Positions 55,226 to 64,000 of a stretch of DNA of 64,000 nucleotides are shown here, piece by piece; position 1 is the stretch's first letter, and each line of letters begins with the position of its first letter. A model generated the notes under the pieces. The model saw only the letters and a program-made list of their open reading frames with translations. It was not told where the DNA came from and searched no databases. The DNA is taken from NCBI GenBank assembly GCA_009602735.1, contig WELA01001056.1, forward strand, positions 1 through 64,000. The letters are read 5' to 3'. This DNA comes from Mesotaenium endlicherianum (lineage: Eukaryota). The position numbers and the translations under genes were made by a program.

Positions 55226-55505
55226 ATTCTATGCCTTCAACAAACACTGAGAGTATCAAAATGAACCTTCGTTATCTTTCGTGGACAAACATATATGCAT
55301 GGGCTGGCATTATGGGCACGCTGGCAGTGGGGCCAAAACTCTTATTATTCTTCTATAGAGGCAACCCACACGATGACAAGCAGGAACAGATTGCAACAAG
55401 CTATAGCAAGCTAAAGCACTGAACCGCAGACGTTGACGAAAGCAACAATAACGGGTCAAAGTACAGAGCTTCGGGTCACCTTCAATGACCAAATCTTGTC
55501 CGTTG

Positions 55506-55818
55506 GGGACGCCCCAGAGATACGCAACCTGGGACGCCGGAGTACGCAGTCCGGGACGACACAGTACGCAAAATGGGTCAGGAGTATACGCAAACTGGTC
55601 CGAAGGAGAACGCGCACTGGGACGCCCAGACGTTCGCAGTCTGGAACGCTCCAGGCGTAAGCAATTTGGGACGGAGAGGTAAGCGAAGTGGGCACGCAAT
55701 ACGCGCTCTGGTGCCACTCGGAGGTATCCAGTTTCATGCAAATTGGGACCTCCAGAGTTACGCAAACTGAGACGTAGAGGAGGTACGCATATTGGAAGGT
55801 ACGAAAAACCTGCGCAAG
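55506..55818. repeat. Degenerate periodic array of about 12 TACGCA-N4-GGGACG motifs with variable spacers, in the divergent promoter region
   Basis: For example tacgcaacct-gggacg, tacgcagtcc-gggacg, tacgcaaaat-gggtca, tacgcaaact-ggtccg, taagcaattt-gggacg, tacgcaaact-gagacg. The period is mostly 22-25 nt. Confidence 0.8.
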
Positions 55819-56303
55819 ACGATGGCCAGGAATACGGTAGGAATGCCAATTTAGTAGCGTGGGGATGAACAAGGAGGGGTCGGGACCTGTGGAAAGTGGT
55901 GGGAGCAGTGGAAATAGTCATCTTTCAATGTCTTTGACCAAAATGCGGAACCGACCTTCCATTGCTGACGGTTTCTCTGTTCCGCAGGTGATCTCGTCTA
56001 GCTGAGACGGTCCCGAAGAAAGCGAAGGAGATCCCGAGGGGCTTGGGGTTCATCCCAGTTCAACCACGCAGTCAAACTTCATGAACTTTAGTCAGCACCA
56101 ACTGTTCGTGATTACATTTACAGGTTGGTTGAGACAGATTTGCAAGCATAGTCATTCAGAAGTAGTTGTTGTACATTGTGTCCCTGCTGTAGCATTTGTG
56201 TCTCCATAGTCATGACTAGTATACTATCTTGAAAAGGTGAAGCTCTTCCTTCATACTAGATTTCTTCTATCAACTTGTATTACGTCCAAAAACTTCGTTA
56301 AAT

Positions 56304-59300
56304 ATGGCTACTGTAGAGGGCGGGCGGCTCCTTTGGGCTGCTAGAATTTCACTCCTAGGTAAGCCTCTGTGACTTGCAGTGATGCCTGGCTTAGATTTCT
56401 CAGGATCTATGTTTGGTGCTGCTGAATGTACGTATCAAGCAACCGGATATTCAAGGATAGGGTTGTTCGTTAGGTCTGGCAATCCAGGGTTTGCTTTTCT
56501 GGTCTGATCAGTTCCGAAGTCAGTTATAGGGAGGTCGGATGAGGAACCCCATAAGCGAGGGTCAGATCAAATTCGTGTTACATCCAGCTCATCTTCATCT
56601 GCCGCTGCAGGACGGCTTAGAAGCTCCTCCGTGTGCTTGCAGCTACTGATGACTAGGTTTATTTTAGAAGAGAAGCGTAGTATGCTGCCTTTTAACATTC
56701 CAACGACACGGGTTGAACTAAGTTTCTTACGCCCGCTTGCTCGATGACGCTAGAGGTTCGCAAATGTATGTCCTCCATGAACAGAAATGATAACAAGCAG
56801 AGGAGTACTTGCCAAGCCTTGTGTTGAATGTATTGTCATTGGAGCTTGTAACTAGGTGTCTTCTCATCACACTCAGTCTCCTCACTCTTCACGGCGCAAA
56901 ACTGAAACGCAGGACCAAGAGCTCCCAAGCTTTAGTGTCAAGTTGAAAGGAAGCAATGGTTAAGGATCATGGCATGGGCTTGAACAATCTGCAGAAGAAT
57001 GACTGTTCTACAGTAGGTGTAAGTGGGTACAGGCCCTCCCAATAGGAACAAGTGTAACTAAAAGGGGGTGAACTGTGGCCTGAAAGTAACTCGGGCAACT
57101 TTGTCTCTATTATTTCTCTTCACCCTTATTGAGAACAAGCACAGCATGTCCTGACCTGACAATTGTATCTCCACACATACATCAGTCTTGGTCCGATGAG
57201 GTTCCGGAGTTGCCCCTAGCCTTCTCACCTGTTTGCAATGGTCGCCTGTGCCTTGTTGATGGCCTCGCAAGGCCTCAGAGGCACGCCAACAAGGCATAAG
57301 GCACATGGCATGGGGCAGACGGGTCGTGTGTCCAAAGGCCGTGCATCTCTGGCAGCTAGTTTCCACAGGTTATGCCAGCCACGCGGTCTCGGCTGTGCCA
57401 GATGTCGAGCAGGGAAGTGTCAAAGTATTTGTTGGGAACCTTCAGGTTTGATGTGTGGTATGCTCTGCCTGCCTGTGCCACACGGTCTCAGTTGCGCCAT
57501 GTGCCAAGTCGCAAAGCGTCAGTCGGGAACCGTCATTACTAAGTGCTCTGAAGCTCACCTCCTTTCGGTCGCCAGATGTGCCAAGTGCCGTTGGGACGTG
57601 ACCCCTTGGGCTCACTGCGTGGTGGCTGGCAGGTCTTTCTGTCGCGCCCCTGTTTGTAAACGTTGACCCGAATGTGAACGTGGTCCTCACGTCGTGCCTG
57701 ACGGTCTTCATCGGCTCGTGGGCATCTGTGAAAGCCGAGCCTCCTGCTGTAAGGCCTTCTAGATGCTTCTCCCTTGCCCCCTCTCACAAGAAGCCCTCGG
57801 ATCGAAGTTTGTTGTTCCCCAGATTGCATCTTCCCTCTGCCCTCTCCTCTCTTTCCTGTTCCCTCTTCAGAAAGCAGAGGATGACCCAACCTGTCCGGAA
57901 AAGCCCTCGTGTAGATCCTTGATCATATTTTAAACAAGGTAGGACTTAAAAGAATAAGTTTTACGCTAGGGGGACATGGCACAATCAGGCCTTAGCACAC
58001 ATCTCCCTCTCTCGAGTAGTATGCGACCTACCCTTGCGATATTTAGGAGACAGTGCTTACAGAACCCTAGACCTTTCACACTCTTGAAATAGCGCTGCAA
58101 AGTTGAACCTCAGTAAGCCAGGGCTTCAAGACTGGAGAGTTGCCCCCAGTGGACATGAGGGGAGGACATTTGAGGGGATGGGGTGGAATCTGAGCCTATG
58201 GTGGTGCTTCAAAAGCTAAGAAGGCCACTTTGACAGGGGGGGGGACATTGCCAGGCGGGCTTATGTCGGAACGTTTTTCAGAAGTGCAAACAAACCTGAA
58301 ATGGCTCGGCATTTTTAAGGCGTCAGTGTCGAGGGCTGCTTCTCTACAGGTGCCTTCAGGAAGGGGTGGGGTGGGGTGGGGTNNNNNNNNNNNNNNNNNN
58401 NNNNNNNNNNNNNNNNNNNNNNNNNNNGGGTTTCGGAGTGAGGGGGAGGGGAAGGGGAGGGAGAGGGGGAGAAATAGGGAGAGGGGGAGAGGAAAGGGAG
58501 GGAGGTGATGGAGATGGAGGCCTGAAAGCGGAGGGCAGTTAGGGCTGCCAGCTCACCCAGCTTTCTGAAGCTCCTCAGCTCCTCAGCTTCTTCAGCTCCG
58601 ATGCCAGGTGGCCCGCTCTAGCTTGTGCTTGAGACGCCCTCTTCCCGGCTGCGGTGCTTCTGTCCTGCACGATTGTTCCCCTCTTGGCGCATCGTCAGGT
58701 GGCAGTGGCATTAGAGGACAGCATGAAGGCTTGCAGCCAGAGCAGTGCCAGTGCTTCTTTAGTCTGCAAGGAGGGGAGGAACTGGCTAGAACGCCGAACA
58801 CGAATGCAGTTGGACGTAGTGCCGGGACAGTCTTGTGAGCCTTGGGCCAGGTGGCATTTCTACATAAGCTGATGAGCTGGGAGGTTCTTGTGCCGCTTTT
58901 TTCCCCTCTTCATTTCCATCTTCTGCGTGCTACCTGCCCCTGCGCCTGTACAATCAGCCGGCCTGGTCAGAGGCAGCAGCTTGCTTCCTTCTCCTCAGAA
59001 CTTCCTCCGCAGATTGTGCGCTGAAGCCGTATTAGCTGCGGCAATCGCAGAAGCCCGGCTGTGTGCAGTAAAGTTTTTGGATAGGCTTCCTCCTGACGCG
59101 GCAATGCTGCCCGTTTGGGTCCCTCTCCCACTCAAACTCCTTCTCCCTCCCGCCCTCGCTCCCTCCCTCCCTCCCTCCCTCCTCCCTCCCTCCCCTCCCC
59201 ATTCCTCCCTCCCCCATGGGCTTCGGCATGCGCTTGCAGGAGACCATGTCCAAGGAGCACGCAATGCGCTTCCCCTTCATCGGCAGCGCCGTGCTGTTCA

Positions 59301-61249
59301 GCCTCTTCCTGCTCTTCAAGTTTCTGCCCAAGGACCTCGTCAACACCGTGCTCAGCGCCTACTTTGTCGTCCTTGGCGTCCTCGCTGTCACGTACACCCA
59401 CCCGCCCGCCCGCCTGGCTTGTCGCACTCGCTCACTCCGTCCCTCCCTCCCTTCCTCAACCCTCCCCCGCCAGCCTGCCTGCCTGCCTGCCTACCTGCCT
59501 GCCTGCCTGCCTGAGTCACTTTTTCGTTGCTTTTGCTGTCTGTCCTCTTGCTTCCTGTCTTCTCGGGCGCGCTCGCCCTCTTCCTGCTGCCGTCGTTGCT
59601 CTGCTGCGTCCCGCTACCCCTTCCCCCTCTCTCCCTCTCCTGCTTCTCCTCCCTCCTGCCCTATCTGCCCGCCTGCCCGCTGCCTGCCTCCCTCTCTTCA
59701 TCTTGCTTGCTGGCCTCCTGCCTCGTTCTCCTCCTGCCACTCGTTGCATTCATCCTCCACTTCCTCTCGTCCCTCTCGCTGGTCGAGATGCTGCTAGATT
59801 TCCCATGGATGCCACTTAGGGGTCTTGTGCCCCAGCCTGCTCTTTGTATAAATGCCCCCCCAACCCCACTCCACCCCCCCCCTCCCTTACCAAACCCCAA
59901 TTTTCAGCAAGGAGGGCGGAGGGGCTCTGAGGCACCAACATCTGCATTCCAAGCTCCAAGTACAACCCTAAATCTAGTGGGAGCCTTCCCCTCCCGGTGG
60001 GGATGAGGAAGGGGACGGGCTGCTGAGGTGTGAGAGGAGAGTTCGAGATGCGTGGCAGGGGCTTGCTGTGTTTGTAAAACAGACGGGCACACAGGAGAGG
60101 TTCTGGCTTTCCCCAGCGTGCAGGCTGCCAAGAGCCTGCTCACATGGATTGTGTGCTGACCTTCCATCCACCCCGCGGGCAAGAGTTTCCACGCCGAAGA
60201 AGAGTAGTGAATGCGTGGAGCATGCGTAGGGGTCGATGTGCCCGCCTGCTATGTCTGACTAGGCGACACCCGCCTCTGTCAAACTCCTCTCACTGCGCAC
60301 AAAGCTCAGCCACCTGATTGCGAGGACGAAGAATGTTAGCTCCCGTCCTGTCCCTCCTTTGAAATTGCCTGAGTCATGCATACCTCCGTATGTGTGTGTG
60401 TGTGTGTGTGTTCCGGGGGGGGGGAAGGGGAGAGAGGGGGAAGGGAGGGAGGAGAGGGGTGGACAGTTCCAAGGAGCTGGGGATCGCAAGGGACAGAGAG
60501 TGCGCGTGAAGAGAGGGGTAAAGAGGGAGATCGAGGGAGGGAGAGAGAGATCCGTTCCCGCTGGTTGGTGCGCGTGTGTCAAAACTCAGGCCCGTGACTC
60601 ATCTTTTCATCAAATTACGGAACTTGCTGACGGCGCGCGTGCGTGTTTGGGGGCGTGGTGGGGGGGGGTTGGGGGGGGATATGTGAGCGTGCAGAGCGAC
60701 TATTGTGCCGGGGCTGGCGGTGTTTCTCCCCAAGAAGTGGAATGACGATGTCATAGTCCTGAGAGCGCCCTACTTCAAGAGTGGGTGCCCACCCGCAGCC
60801 CTCTCTCCTCCCAGCCCCTCTGCCGGCCTGCTATGGGATGCCTGCCCCCCGCCTGCTCCCACCACCTGAGGGGGAAGGGGTCCTGGCTCTGCAGGCTGCC
60901 CAGTGGTCCCAGCTGCAAAGATTCTGAAATGCCTTCTGGGTTTGGAATTGCCCTCGCTCTCTCTCTCTCTCTCTCTTCAACTGGGCAGGCTCATTCTGAT
61001 ATTGAGCTCGCAGCGACAGAGTGGGCTTCTGGAGCTTCTGCCAGGCACTTGTTTCCCACCTTGCCCGCGACAAAGACGAGGTTCATGACCAATCTTTATG
61101 AAGCGCTCGGGAGAGCATCTTCGAGGCCGTTGGGTGGCAGCAGGAAACAGTTCCTGTCGGGAACGTTGAGGAGGAGCACAAACTTACGTACAGACAGACG
61201 GGCAGACAGCCAGACAGACATACGCACACGCGCGCGCGCGCGCATGAGC

Positions 61250-61290
<41 letters not shown>

Positions 61291-64000
61291 GTGAAGCTGT
61301 TCAATTTTGAACCAAAGGCTATAGAGCCGCATGCAGGTGTGGCACCAGCAGATGGAAGGATGAGACACCCACTCTGCCAGTGAGGCACTCTGTGCAGGAG
61401 TGCACCCAGGCAACAGCTTCATGAATAGAAAAGGAAGACTAGCAGTAAGACAGCTACGTAAGGCATAGGTAATAAAACACCCAAGTGACTGCACGTATTG
61501 TGCACGTACGCGCGCCCTACGTACGCGCGCCCTACGTCAGCCCTTCCCTTGCTCAGAGCCACACGCTCCTCCCCCATTCCTAGCCCTACGAGAAGGCCGC
61601 TTGCAGCTGGAGCTCGTGCAAGGCATCCGCCTCAGTTGACCGCACGTCGACGGTCAGTTGACCGGCTGACCGTGGGTCAATCACGGGTTGACCTTCGACT
61701 CTTGACCGTCTGCGGGCGGGCGGCGCAGGCTTGGAGGTGGAGTTGACGAGGGCGTGGGGCGTGGCCATGGTGCCCGCGCTGGGCTTCTGCGTGTGGTACG
61801 TGCTGCAGAAGCACTGGTTGGCCAACAACGCGCTCGGACTCGCCTTCTCCATCCAGGTCCCTTTTCTCCCTCCCTCCCTCGCTTGCTCGCTCGCTCGCTT
61901 GCTCCTGCTCGCTCTCCGCTCCCTCCCTCCCTCCCTCTCTCCATCTCGCTCCCCCTCTCTCCCCCTCTCCCCTTCCCTATCCTTTGCTATACCTCCCTGC
62001 ATCCCTCTCCCTCCTCCCCCCCTTCCCCCAGTGCCCCCTCATATCTTTCGCACTCTCCCCCGCTCTCTCCCCCCCTCTCTCATGCTCCTTCCCTCCGTAC
62101 TTGCTGATCCATCCTCTCTCGTCTCGTCTGTGCATTTCTCTTCAACATTAGGGCATGTTGCGCGGTCGCTCTCCTGTGGTGTTCTGGAAGGACGTCCAGT
62201 CCCAGAAACTTCCCTGGAGAAGTGTGCCAGCTGTTCTGGACGCCCACCATTCCGTCTGGTTGTGCTTGCCAATCTCAACCAATTGCTACTGAAGCGCCAA
62301 AACCCTCTAACTGTGCTTCTGACAGACTATCGCATTGTCCTTGATACCACTCCGGGATGACACCCCAGGCTGTACACATGATAGATTCCTTGAATATTCT
62401 AAGCTCTCTCTCCCACCCCACGCCACCCCGCCCACCCCTTCTTCTGCTGAGCCCACCCTGCAGCACCCACCCATCCCACTTGTTCTGCCTAGTCTGTCTT
62501 TGTTGACTGAGCCCGCGGCTGCTCTGCTGTTCTTTTCTCTGCGCCTGCTCCGATGTGCTCTGCCCTTCTCTCCCCTTTCCCTCCCCTGGCTCCGCTCCTG
62601 CTGCTGCTGCTGCTGCTGCTGCAGGGCATAGAGATGCTGTCGCTGGGCTCCTTCAAGATCGGCGCCATCCTCCTGGTAAGCCACATGCCCCTCTGCCATC
62701 CTCTAGGCCTTTGCATGCATGCGTGTGTGCATTCGTGCGTAACCTTCGAGAAGTCTGATGTGAAGGTGTCTGGTGTGATTCTCACGTGCATTGCCAGCGG
62801 GCAGCTGTCCCCCCTAGAGCATGTGTTTCTGTGTTGCGCTGTCACGCATTGTACCAATATACATGACTTTACCAGACTGCACACATACACACATACACAC
62901 ATACACACACATCACGTGTTTCCCACCCTGGCAGCCTCCTACTCGAGCTCCCTGTGGACCGGTGGCTCCCATCCTCCCCTCCTCCCTCCGCTTCTCTTAG
63001 AAGCACGAACAGAATGGACGTCCGAAGAGGGATACATCCACTGGTAGCCGTCATTTGAGCTTAGGTGGCATCGCGAGGGCTTGCAAGCAAGGGTCTGCTG
63101 CGTTTGTACCCGCCGGCTGTAGTCCAGAGGAGGCAGCGAGTGCTGCTTGCTGCACGCAGGCCAGCTGCACGAGGACGAAGCGGTGAGAGGAGAAGAACCG
63201 GCGAGAAAGAGAGAGAGAGAGAGAACGAAAGCCTGTGTCTCTATGCACCTGGTCCTGTGGCCGAGCACATGCCAGCTGGAAGGGCCGCGGGGGAGGGAAG
63301 GGGGGGGGCTTGCAGGAGGGGATTGAGCGAGAGGAGGAGATTTGGGATGCTTCTCAAGGGGGATTGGGGTAGTCTACCACCGCCGCCTCGCGAGTCAGAG
63401 AGGGGGTTTCCTCTAGAGCCGGTTCAGGTCAAGACCGAGCAGAAGCGTGGGGAGCACCCGGGAGTGTGTGACGGGCTGCCCCCCCGCTCTTCCGACAGAT
63501 GGCGCCATTCTGAGGCGGTCTCGTCTTGTGTGCCCCCTCGCCTCTCCCTCTCCCCTCTCCTTGCCGCAGGGGGGCCTGTTCCTGTACGACATCTTCTGGG
63601 TGTTCTTCACGCCCGTCATGGTCAGCGTGGCCAAGTCTTTCGACGCCCCCATTAAGGTGGGCCCTCCCTTCCCCTCCCCCCCCTGCCTCCCGTCCCTCCA
63701 TCCTCTTCCTCGCCTCCCCTCTCCTTCCCTCCCTTCGCCTCGCCCGGCTCCCCTCTCCTCCTCCCTTCCTCCTAGACCCAGCAGGAATCTCGGTGCAGGC
63801 GCAGGCGCGGGCACAGCTCATTTGAGCGCGATCAAGACTCCATTTTCCTGCATCTCTGTGGACCCCGTCCTCGAACTCGGGAATGAATGTTGGTACGGCA
63901 GTCTCTCTTCTGCATTGACGCACAGTGGGGGTGCGTAGTTCGTCAGCGTTTGTTCTCTGTTGCACGGGAGGGGGGGCATTACTCTCCCTTCCCTTGTTGT
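56304..64000 (+). CDS. SPP: Signal peptide peptidase (GxGD-type intramembrane aspartic protease), 5' portion; gene continues beyond the window
   Basis: Exons 56304-56358, 57633-57748, 59240-59391, 60695-60780, 61729-61856, 62625-62675, 63570-63656, with compatible phases. Peptides: ETMSKEHAMRFPFIGSAVLFSLFLLFKFLPKDLVN, KHWLANNALGLAFSIQGIEMLSLGSFKIGAILL, GLFLYDIFWVFFTPVMVSVAKSFDAPIK (catalytic YD). The first exon is less certain. Confidence 0.93.

Larger units (their letters stand above)
37540..63780. repeat. Dispersed microsatellites and low-complexity tracts: (CT)n, (GT)n/(CA)n, (CAG)n, poly-G/C, (GAG)n
   Basis: Seen directly, for example (CT)n at 39558-39590, (GT)n at 41139-41179, and (CAG)n in the STOP1 exons. 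N-gaps sit inside G/C homopolymers (41463-41480, 45607-45744, 58383-58427). Confidence 0.95.

Noticed and set aside
55506..55818. CRISPR-like repeat-spacer appearance
   Set aside because: The repeats are degenerate ~16-mers with mostly 3-9 nt spacers, there are no cas genes, and the context is eukaryotic. Kept only as a motif array.
37300..64000. Numerous 60-430 aa ORFs rich in C/V, H/T, P/S/L, E/R/G
   Set aside because: These are translations of intronic microsatellites, or antisense/alternative frames of GC-rich exons.

Overview
Eukaryotic nuclear DNA, most likely a streptophyte (charophyte-type) green alga; this is inferred from plant-like genes and microsatellite-rich GT-AG introns. Bases 1-34.8 kb are a nest of five Ty3/Gypsy LTR retrotransposons from two families. 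Family A is a chromovirus with ~720-bp LTRs and a tRNA-iMet PBS. Copy A2 has intact reading frames: gag, a -1 frameshift signal, pol ending in a chromodomain, and an extra non-Env ORF3 bracketed by duplicated hairpin+PPT motifs. ORF3 is far more diverged between A1 and A2 than their pol genes are. Family B (two decayed head-to-tail minus-strand copies) encodes Gag-protease-C5 cytosine DNA methyltransferase-linker. A UAG-CAA-CUA stop with the tobamovirus-type readthrough context is shared by both copies and precedes RT-RNase H-integrase-PHD finger. Bases 37.7-64 kb hold three intron-rich host genes: a STOP1-like C2H2 zinc-finger factor (+), an ENO3-like enolase with several active-site residues lost (-), and the 5' part of signal peptide peptidase (+). 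The last two are head-to-head around a periodic TACGCA-N4-GGGACG motif array. All alignments, identities and splice models were made by eye.
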